Of a stretch of DNA of 64,000 nt, positions 47,869 to 57,814 are shown in pieces. Within the stretch, counting starts at the first letter, position 1, and every line of letters starts with the position of its first letter. The DNA comes from Vitrella brassicaformis CCMP3155 (Eukaryota > Protista > Chromerida): NCBI GenBank assembly GCA_001179505.1, contig CDMY01000491.1, forward strand, positions 1 through 64,000, written 5' to 3'. A program made the translations under genes and the position numbers. Below the pieces are notes generated by a model. The model had not been told where the DNA came from. It made no database searches and saw only the letters and a program-made list of their open reading frames with translations.

Positions 47869-48631
47869 CACTACTCTACCCAAATGCAAGCCACACACCC
47901 ACATCCATCAATCCATCCCTCCCTCCACACCCACCCACCCACCCACAGACGTACGGACAGACAGACAGACAGCTCGACAGATAGATAGATAGATAGACAG
48001 ATTGACTGACTGACCCTTCTGGCTCATGGGCTGGATGGAGCCGGCTGTGTGGCTGCCTGCCTGCCCTGTCTGATGAGCTGGATGGATGGGGTGGATGAAC
48101 TCATCTATCGACCAGCAAGCCAAGGACACTCACACACATGCGATGGACACCGATCCACACTCAAATCAAGTCGTCCCCCTCATCCTCGCCGCCCATGATC
48201 ATTCGCGCCGCCTCTCGCTGCAGGTCTTCAAGACCGGCGACGGGCACGTCGACCTCGAATTTGAGCTTCGCTGCCACCGTACGGAATTCAAGCAGACCGG
48301 CCTTGGTTTCGATTGGCGACCCTCCGCCCCCGGCGGGCGGCTTGAGGCCAAGCAGCATTGGGATGCCCGCATCCATCACGCCGTCGAACACTCGTAGCTG
48401 TAGAAGTCGAACAACCTGATACAAACGACGCTCTGGATCGAGCAAAACATGACAAAGTGTCGCATGTATGCTCGTCAGTGCATCGCTGCCGTTCCTTACC
48501 CAGAAAGATAGCGTCAGCCTCGAAGGTGTCGTCATAGTGGGCGAGCACGAAGATCACAAACAGGTGCAGAACAGTCCTGGCCATACAGGGACAGCATTAA
48601 TTCATGTGTGCGTATGGATGCATGTGTGTGA

Positions 48632-49120
48632 GTGTCTTACTCTTTGAACGAGAGTGGGGGGCCGCTGACGCTCTCGAACAACCTGCGCTTGGTGAATGTG
48701 TTCAGCGGCTCGGTGTATCGACGACACCCCTTCCATCACCATGCCGCAGCCACCGACTCCTCCATCCCTCGCCTGCCCATCTTCACTCCCTGCAACCCCA
48801 CCAGGGCCGGCGCCATCAAAATCGAGAATGTCTACATCGTCGTGCACAACATCCCCAGCCCCATGCGCTATGAGCTGATGATCCTCTTCGCGAGTGCCGA
48901 CCTCACCTCCCCCAGTCACGGCAAGCCGGCCGGTCTGGACGCCGTCAGCAGCCGCCTCATCGAATTCCTGCGACTGCTTTGGGCGGGCATCGAGATGGAC
49001 GTCTATGACGCCGAGGAGGGACGGATGAGGACGATGCTGGTTCAGGAGGGACGGATGAGGACGATGCTTGTAGTGAGGGTTAACTTCAGTGCCGAATCAC
49101 CCTACAAGCGCCACATTGCC
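48632..49120 (+). pseudogene. CACTA/EnSpm-Mirage (CMC)-like transposase remnant
   Basis: KIENVYIVVHNIPSPMRYELMILF...KPAGLDAVSSRLIEFLRLLWAGIEMDVYD...NFSAESPYKRHIA resembles the CMC 'i.NLP..R...l..LW.G..vyD...aD.P' core. Confidence 0.55.
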
Positions 49121-49475
49121 AGAAAACTGACCCAGGGGGGTGGGAAACTGTGTTCTGTGCGGAAAACCGGGGCCCCATGCGGAAAACTGAGCCAGGGGCC
49201 CGGAAAACTGGTGATCTGCAGTGGAAAACTGACCACCTGCGTGGAAAACTGGCGCTCCCACGTGGAAAACTGGCCATCCGACGTGGAAAACGGGTTCTCT
49301 GCCGCCTGTACCCAGTTTTCCATTGCCTGATGCCAGTTTTCCACTGCCTCTACCCAGTTTTCCAGTCTCTCCACCCAGTTTTCCATTGCCTGATGTCAGT
49401 TTCCAGTCAATGTGCCAGTTTTCCAATCGATGTGCCAGTTTTCCGCTGGATGTGCCAGTTTTCCAATGAATGTGC
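49119..49475. repeat. Foldback-like inverted array of ~21-bp units with GGAAAACTG core
   Basis: About 9 forward cores (49121-49292) followed by 8 reverse CAGTTTTCC cores (49313-49464). Confidence 0.9.
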
Positions 49476-49684
49476 CCTTAACCCAAGAAACCCTGGACCC
49501 GATAAACCCTGCGACCCGAGAAACCCTGCTTCGGAAGGCTGTCGGCAAGATTCCTGACTCTCTGCTGTGTTCGGGTGTTCAGACAAGCTGTGTGCTTTTC
49601 GCGCTGTGGCCAGTTTTCCAGTAGATACACTCGAGATCTAACGCAGCACGCACCAGTCAATGCTTTCTGAAGTCAGAGAGAGAG

Positions 49685-51880
49685 TTGGAGAGAGCGCGGG
49701 CTGTACACTCGCGGTGTCCAAAGCTGCATGAGGTATCTACGGTCAATCGGTTGCTTCGTCTGGATGACTATTGTTTTGCTCTTGTCGTCAAGGAAGTAGA
49801 CAGACAAGAGGGAAGGATTGTGAGGGTGCGGCATGTCGGCATGATGCATGTCGGCCGTGAGGAGCATCGCTCTCGAAGGACGGCTCTCCTGATTCCCACA
49901 AATACCCTGACGCCCTCAAGCCAGTCAGGTGGGTTGACACACACACACACACGTGTGCGCAAGAGAGAGGATGACCTCTTCGCTTGCTCTTGCTCACCCT
50001 CTGCTGCCGCCGCCGACTACGCCAATCGATTCACACCGCATTCGCTGCCTCCGTCCGTCCCCACCCACCTGAAGATGCAGATCGAAGGGCTCTGGACATC
50101 AGTCAAGCTCAAGGTGAACGCTGCAAAGGCCGCTCGTCTTGTCGAAGCATTTCGGCGCCTGCCAGCATATCAGCTCTTCGATCAGGACAGCGACCCGCTC
50201 GCGATTCAGCAGGTGGGCACCTCGGAATGAGCCGGGGAGGACTTGGGTTGCCCATCGCTCATGTGTGTGCTGCAGGATGGCCGCGTGTCGGTCCTGGAGG
50301 TCTGGAAGTCGCCACAAGAGCTCTCCTCGGGCCGTGCCAATGTGCGCAGCACGTTTCTCTTCATGGGCGTTGACGAAGCACGCACCCTCATCGTCCCCGA
50401 GCTCATTTACGAGGAGCTTGAGGCCGGTAGACCTGCAACACACACACACACACACACTCTCACACAAAAACCCCCCCCCACACACAGACGCTGACTGTCC
50501 TCTCACCTGATGTCCATATGTGTCTTCACACAGGAGGCCGCGGTGTTGCGGTGTTCAACACGCCTGTCATCGTCTCAATCGAGTCGTCTGCCACGTCCAG
50601 TGACTGGAGCATCCTCACTCGCTTCCAGCTGCATGTCTTCAACCACGAGGGTAGCCTGAAGGGCGGCAAACACGCCGAGGTCGATTTCCTCGGCAAGAAG
50701 TTTGGCTCACAGCAGGACAAACAGGTGAGATTTGAAACGGACGAATGCACAGTTACTTTACCTGCGAAGCCATTGTGTGTTCAATGCAGCTCTTCTTGCG
50801 TGGGCAGCTGGGTGAGGGCGGCAATTTCCCGCCGGACAAGGAGCCTGAGGACGAGGCTCCGCATCATATGCAGGAGGCTGACGACGAGCTCTTCGTCTCC
50901 ATCCCGTGCGCCACTCACCGCAATGAGCTGTCATCTCTGCGCCGCTCGGCAGCGGAGTCCGAATGGGACACCGAGAGCCAGCCCATGCGGGATTACATCA
51001 GCAGGGTCAGTCGGCAATCAATGAACACACAGATAGCATCCCCTTGTGTGTCGGTCCCTTCCTGTCTTAGGTATTCTTCTACCTGATGGATCACCACGAG
51101 AGTGGTTTTGAGCCTCCACAAGAGTGTTTCCACGCTGACGTCCTGGCCGACTGGTTCTTCAAGCCACTCAGGGAGATCCTCTCACTCGACGACCTGGAAA
51201 ATTAGCCTGCGGGTGGATGTCAATGGCGCATCGATGTGATCTACCTGTTCTCTTGCAGAGCTCTTCCCTGATAAGGTGGCTGAGCTGAAGCAGCGTCAAA
51301 AAGACCGTGACGAACCGCTGGGTAATAGTGAGACAGACACAAGAGATTACGGCATATCTGTCTGCGTGTCTGTCTCACTCAGGCAAGCGGAAGTACACAG
51401 ACGGCGATGACGACGACGACCGCGATGAGGACCACCTTCCCGACAGGGCAAATGGGGATGGGAGCGGTCCCGGCGGCATCGACAGGACGTCTACCAAGAA
51501 GACCAAGACAGAACATAAGCCAGCTGGGGAGCCGTCTGGTGCTCGTCGCCACTCACCTGCCGCTCACGATCTGATGATGGCGTCGCGTCGCACCACTGCA
51601 TCTGCTGCAGGTAAGAAAGCTCACATTGAGGCGGCTCCGTTCATTCTTTCGCTATGCACAGGAGAGGTCGATGATGAGGTGACGGTTGAACAGAATGTGA
51701 AGTGCGCCGAGTGTGGTAAGGTGACACACGATTGAGATGCCGATGATGATTGACGGTGTGCCTTTGTGTGTGCAGGCTGCACACTGCTTGTTTCTTCTGA
51801 AGCCGTCTGTTTGCCCCTTCTTGATTTTGACACGTTCTGATTGCTTGTCTGTGTCGGTCATCAATTGAGAGACGGTTTGA
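49685..51880 (+). CDS. Unknown multi-exon protein with acidic C-terminal region and terminal CxxC; possibly pseudogenised
   Basis: Exons with good GT/AG sites: MQIEGLWTSVK..., DGRVSVLEVW..., GGRGVAVFNTP..., LFLRGQLGEG..., VFFYLMDHH...EN* (in-frame stop), GKRKYTDGDDDDD..., EQNVKCAECG. Confidence 0.55.
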
Positions 51881-51976
51881 GTCTGTCATGACGTGAAGTA
51901 TACATGTACAATGGACATGTATGTGGCTGAAGCAAACCTCTATATGAATCGCCAGTCTATCAATGCATCAACATGA

Positions 51977-54900
51977 TCATTTGCCAGAGAAGAAGCGATT
52001 TACACACTGCCAGAAGTACCCTTTGCCGTTGGCGTAAAGGTCCTCCTCCTCCTCGGATGAATGCCGTTTGTATGTGCGCGGTGCGAGGTAGGATGTGCTG
52101 TCATGGAAGCCCAGGTACTGCACCCGGATCATGTGCTGAAGTGTCTGGCCGGTGCTCTCGTAGCCCGGCATCAACTCACCTGACACACCACAAACAGACA
52201 TCCGTGGAATCGCCATATCAACACTGAATGCCTCCGTATACCTGCGTCGTCCGTCCGGCCGCCCCCGTGGCTGCTGCAGTGTCTGAATGCGTGCTTCAGC
52301 TCTTTGTGTTTGGCCTCGCTGGCCTGAGTGATGAATGGTGCAAGAGAGCCGTGGCAGATGAGGGCGAATCTGCCGTGTTCCACGATCCAGTGGAGGCAGG
52401 TGGGGAGGTCGGGCTTGTCGACCCCTGCACGGAAGAGGCGGCACCACCTCTCCATGAAGGCGACAGCCGAGACGCCGTACTGTTCAACGCGGCTCTGAGA
52501 GGGCTTGATGCTCAGCAGCGTGATGGCCATGCCTCTGAAGTAGAGCAGCAGGGCATGCAAATCCCACCCTGCACACAAAGAGGTGTCGACGTGCATGCAG
52601 TGTAATGATTGACTGGCCTGGGCGGACATGGCCTCGAAGGTGCGGGTGGGGGGGTTGATGTCGCCAGTGAGGTTCATACGCCGGATGCGTGACATGTCCA
52701 TCCAGCTGTCGGTCGGCAGCGAGCACAGGTGGCATCGATGCGTCGCCGATCCGCCACTCAGGCCCAGCACCAGTGGGAAGGATGCACCGTCTGCACCAAC
52801 GCGTACGCTGGCTGGCTTCTTGAGGTGTGTGTCGATGAATGTGAGGGTGGCAGGCTTGATCTCGGCCTTGTGGGTGTCGATGAACTCGCGCAGACGCTTG
52901 GCGACGTCAGGACGCACATTCAATCGTCCTGAAAGAGAAAATGCAATGAGCAGACGTTGTGCAATACGTGTGAAGCCCAAATGTGAGAGACGGTACCGTG
53001 AATCGTCGAGCGGCGCTGCCTGCCCTCCGCGTCGGCCACCCACACCTCAATGCCAAGCTCAAGACGCTCCTTGATTTTGTCCACCACTTGAGTGAAGATG
53101 TGTTGGAAGGCGTCCCACGACTCACGCCCTGTAAAACAGCACATATAGAGGTCCATCGCACTTTCACAGTGAATCATACACTCACCGCGGAACACACACA
53201 CTGGATGCAGCCAGCGAGGCTCGAACAGCTGCTCATTGCTTAGGCCGCCCAGGCGAACGTAGAGTGCGACGGCTTTGTTGTCCTCTGTGACAGACATCCG
53301 TGTCAGACCGGTCCCATCGAAGAGCAGGTCCATTTCGATGTGGTTCACACCCGGCTTGATGCTGGTGGGTGCGGCGTATGCAGGCAGCTTGAGGAAGGCG
53401 CGCAGAATTGGGCCGATCTCGGCGGCCATGCACGTGACCGTGCGGCCGTCAACGTCAGCGTCAACCCGATACAACTCAATGCCGATCTCGCGGTCCAGCT
53501 GCTTGATGTCGGTCTTCACGCTGTCGAGTGGCTTGAGTATGCGTGGGACGAACGCCGATATCGTGCGGCCGTCAGAGGTCTCCGTGCGGTCGAGAAGGAT
53601 GCCGCCCCGCATGCGGTATCGCCCACCGTGCTCCGTCTCTCGACAGCTCATGAACGGCGACAGGGCACCGTACTTGGCGTCTGAGATGCAGGCGATCAGC
53701 TTAATGGCGGTGGACATGCGGATGGGGTAGAGGTCCTCAACACACTGGCAGACGTGCTTCTGCACCCGCACGGCAACCTCGCGGCCGCATGCATCGGCGA
53801 GGAAGTTGATGAGGGTGTACCCATCGCCAAACACGAACTGCAACAGCACAGACAAACGATGAGAGGAAGAGATATCCGCTGCCTCCCTATGTATGTCTCT
53901 CACCTCGCCAGGGCGAAACAGGCGTGTGTCGAAGATGGCCTGCTTCAGTAGCTTCATGGCGAATTGGAGGCGGATGGGCAGGTCGGCGAACTTCTCCACA
54001 CGGACCGTGCTGACTGGCGCTTCCTCACTGTCTGTCTCGCTGGGCTCACTGAGGTCACGGCTGGAAGGGAGAGGGGCAATCAGGCAGAGGATCTGACGCA
54101 GCTGGCCGTAGAGCCGTTCTGTCGTGCGGGGCGATGTGGGCTCCTGGGTGCGCGAGCGTAGACGGATGTCCTCTCCCGCCTCGATCTTGGCCGCCCTCTC
54201 TTCTCCGTCACGGCCACTCCGCTTGAGTGCACGCAGCCAGAGGGCGACGTAGTGGCAACCGCAGGGGATGGCTTTGGGTTTCCTGAGTTGCAGCCGTTTC
54301 TCGAGCCAGGTCTCGAAGAAGAGATAGTCTGGTGCGGATGGCTCCTGGCCGAGAAGCCGCAGGCCCTCCTGCATCGGCCACATGGCGCATCTCGAATGCC
54401 CGCAGCTCATCCTCCAGATTGCTGGTGGCAGACAGCCTGACGATGGAGTCGTCCGTCTCGGCGCACGATGATGCCAGCAGGGCGTCGATGGCGGACACAC
54501 CGGGCTTGATGGTCACTCGGGCGACCTTCAGGAGTCGGTTGAGGAGGTCACTGGTGCTGTTGGGCATGGCGGAGAGATCGCGGGGTTGTGTGTTCTTGCC
54601 GGCCCTCTGGTTTGCGGCGGTGCTCCGGGATGCGATGACCGCTGCCCGCTCCTGAGCGGCACTCTCGACTGCCAAGACGCGGCGGGTGTGGTAGCGTGGC
54701 TGAGGTTGGGCGGTGGCGGCTGCAGCGGCAGGGGATGCAGGGGCCGGCTCGTCGCCATCGATGTGGCGGGCTTCTTCCGCCAGTCGCCTGCGAAAGGCGG
54801 ATGACGACAGCTCTGACAAAGAGCAGAACAGATGGAGATTGGTGTACGTTTATCCATTCTTTCGCATCTGGCTGGTCTTCTCACCCTCCTCTTCGATGGA

Positions 54901-55182
54901 CAGGTGCATGCTGCCTTCTGGCTCGCCAGCAGATCCATCGCCGTCCTCGCCATCCCAGCCACCTCCCTCCCCATCGCCCCCCTCCATCTGGGCATCATCG
55001 CCATCTGCCTCGCCCCCCTCCATGATCTTGTCCTCGGCATCTCCATGGTGGTCAAGGTCGTCGTCCTGCTGCTCGTCTTGCTGCTCGCCCTCCCCGCTGT
55101 CGGTGCGGCGCTTCTTGGGGGGGTGGGCGTTCTGACCCTTGGGAAACATCCCGGTGTTCTTTTGCACTTTGGTGCGGCCCAT
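51977..55182 (-). mobile_element. Intron-containing RAG1/Transib-like (or related CMC/Chapaev-like) DDE transposase gene, probably one frameshift
   Basis: MDLLFDGTG (D1, about 53316), WLHPVCVFRGRES, RVGADGASFPLVLGLSGGSATHRCHLC (D2 about 52790 plus CxxC), WDLHALL, CLHWIVEHG (HxxxxH), GSLAPFITQASEAKHKELKHAF (E about 52316). In-frame GT-AG introns join the segments. Confidence 0.75.
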
Positions 55183-55367
55183 TGTGGTTGAAGAAGGAGG
55201 GATGAGTTGGAGAACTGTAAATGCGGAGAGGTCGAGGTCCCCATTGCAGAAGCCATGAGGCAGCGACACTTGAAGGCAGGCAAGAGAGAGCCTCTGCGGA
55301 AGCAGTGGGGGCGGGAGGGGGCTGATTGATGAGTTGGCTTGGTTGTTCGGACCGGTTGGCGATGTCG

Positions 55368-55617
55368 GCCCGTCTCTTTGTGTGGTGATTGCCTGTCACC
55401 CTCTGAGTGTTTCTGCCGGGCGCTTTGTGGATTGGCGGTCAGGGTGGAGAGAAACGAGTGATCGGTCGTGTGTATCCGCCAGGCAATCGGTAATAACTCG
55501 GTGAGGAAGTCGAGCAGCGGCCCGTCTCTTTGTGTGGTGATTGCTGTCACCCTCTGAGTGTTTCTGCCGGGCGGTTTGTGGATTGGCGGTCAGGGTGGAG
55601 AGAAACGAGTGATCGGT
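55368..55617. repeat. Tandem ~100-bp duplication (period ~150 bp) upstream of the transposase
   Basis: GCCCGTCTCTTTGTGTGGTGATTGC...GGTCAGGGTGGAGAGAAACGAGTGATCGGTC occurs twice. Confidence 0.9.
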
Positions 55618-56339
55618 CATGTACTTCGTGTCGATCAATCACTAATAACTCCATGAGGTGAGCACCAATCGGCACGCCCCTTTGTCAGGGTGTTCAGCAG
55701 AGACACCCCGTAATTTGCACCCGACGGATTTTTGATTGCGTGTCTCGTTGCAGAGATACGACGCCAACAAGCCATCGGGTACATGGGATTTCTCAGGAAA
55801 TCGTTAATAACTCTTCACGGTTGATGGCTACGGGGCTCATTTTTGGTGAGTGTGATGCTGTTGACATGCTTGACATTTCCACCCGAGGGATTTTTGATTT
55901 ATGGTCTGGGTGCAGAGATATGGCACACCCCCATACAAATCTCCCCCAAAGTGAAAAAGGTGGCGGCTCAACCCGGTCGGTCAGTTTGTCGTGGATCAGA
56001 GAGCCACATTGCAGTGACTGCAAGTTGCTGCCCTCATGCGTCAATCATTCGTTGATTCATTCATTCATTCATCCATTCATTCGCTTCCTGGGCATTCTCG
56101 AGTCTGTTTTGAATGAGAAGGAGTCTGTTTCTCGTGAGAACGTGTTCTCGGTGGGCCCCAGGAGATCAAGACATGGAGGTTGAAGCCAGTCCAGACCATC
56201 AACACCATCGGAAAGTAGTTATGGTCTTAATACAAAAAAGACACATCGCGCACCCACTTCTACACGGACGCAGTGACCTTGCCCTTTCCTGCTCAAACTT
56301 GTGGGGTCCGCTGTTCGGGCGCAATGCGTGATCCATTCC

Positions 56340-57104
56340 GGGAACGGAGGTGACCGACAGGCGACATTGCGGGCCTGGACTTTTTGCGGGTCGGCCCGAG
56401 AACTCAACCGCCCACCACACCCAGGTCAACCGCAGCAACGCACGTCGGCCGGACGGTTTTGCAGCTGCAGGGGCGGAGCGCGACAAAGATCGCAAGTACG
56501 GTGCCAACTGTCGGCAGAAAGGCTACACCTTCGTGCCCCTAGCAGCGGAGACGTTCGGCCGTTGGGGTGGCGAGACCCTCACTCTGCTTCGCCGTCTGGC
56601 GCAGCGGCGCGTCCCCCCACCCGCCAGCTCTGCAGAAGACCGTGCATTTTTTCATGAGGGTGTCATGAACCATTGGGGGCAGTGTTTGTCGGTCGCGCTG
56701 ATGCGCTGGAATGCTTTTCAAGTGTCCTGCCGCGCTCATCATGCGGCCGATGCTCGGACACAGCAGCGGGCGGGTCTGTTTCCTGAGGACCTCATCTCTC
56801 GAGGGCCCTACAGGGCACAAACCCGCACGTTTGCCTGCCAGGACCGGCCGTGAGGGATTGATTTGGGGACGTGTTGTTATGGGTCGGGCTTGGGTTGCGT
56901 GGTGGTTTGGTTGGTTGGTTAACTGGGTTTGGTAGGGCATATGATAGTCGCTTGTGTGATTGCGTTTGATGGGCTGTTCGGTTTATATCAGAGTGCTGCT
57001 ATCATCCATGCCGTATGGTGCGCATGTGTTTCTGCGATCGCTTGTGTCTTTGCGTGTGCAAATCCATACCGACTCTAGATCAGACGTGCTGGTCGCCCAT
57101 GCTT
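56340..57104 (+). mobile_element. 5'-truncated CRE-like non-LTR retrotransposon (second subfamily)
   Basis: ORF 56350-56853 reads AERDKDRKYG...FVPLAAETFGRWG...HWGQCLSVALMRWNAFQV. A GT-rich 3' UTR ends in GACTCTAGATCAGACGTGCTGGTCGCCCATGCTT. Confidence 0.85.
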
Positions 57105-57184
57105 CCGTGTAAACGATACTTTTTGCGGGCCTACCGTTTCGCAAAAAAAAGTCCAAAAACGATCGTCGCCTACTGTTTTCCATT

Positions 57185-57814
57185 ATGGGAGAGGAGGTAT
57201 TGTTGGGTGACGACGATTGTCTCCGTACTAAAATGCGGCTTCGGGCCATGATGGAAAAGACCAAAATGTAAGCGAAGAGTGGACGCGAAGATACTGGTGA
57301 CCTGTTGCTGCCTTCTCTTGCAGGTGTCCATGGCTGAAAACAGAGTGCTTCCGTGGGGCACAATGCAACTTCGCGCATTTTGAATCGGAGCTTCGGCCTC
57401 GCCCAGAAATCCCCGTGAATGACGTACAAAGGAAAGATGCGGTGACTCACGAAACCTTTCCAATGTGCAGGAGAGCTATTTTGACAGCTATGTCAAGGCC
57501 AACAAGCTGCGAAGGAGGGCCCTCAAGAGAGAAGGAATGGAAAGAGCAGGTGGACCGAACATGTCCCAACAATTCCTTTTCTATGTCCAACTCCATGTTT
57601 GTTCTGTGACCACGCAAAAGCCTCATGGAGTGCTGGCAGCACGAGCTCCTCTCCCAAACTCGGAGAGGGACTGCCGGGCCCCATTTGTGGCACAGGAGAG
57701 GCAAGATGTTTTCTCTTCTCTCACTTGCAGCATCGCGGCAGGGTTCACAAGTTCATTTCGGATATGGTAATGAAGGAGCTCAAAGGAGCAGCTCCCGATG
57801 CCTATGAAGAGTGA
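57185..57814 (+). CDS. CCCH zinc-finger protein, multi-exon
   Basis: Spliced MGEEVLL...MEKTKM|CPWLKTECFRGAQCNFAHFESELRPRP (KTKxC...C-x5-C-x3-H..ELR). Confidence 0.7.

Noticed and set aside
42230-49475. 21-bp arrays as CRISPR-like repeats
   Set aside because: The cores are only 9-12 bp and the linkers are 9-12 bp and mutually similar. The context is eukaryotic and has no cas genes.
49685-51300. Calling the convergent gene RAG2-like
   Set aside because: No recognisable kelch GG/W periodicity; kept only as a hypothesis in the findings.
52003-56016. CACTGC...GCAGTG as Transib-like TIRs around the RAG1-like gene
   Set aside because: Only 6 bp match, there is no 5-bp TSD, and the left site falls inside the last exon.
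57070-57090. CGACTCTAGATCAGACGTG resembles the 5' end of LSU rRNA (CGACCTCAGATCAGACGTG)
   Set aside because: Similarity stops after about 19 nt, no rRNA sequence follows, and the motif tracks retroelement ends.
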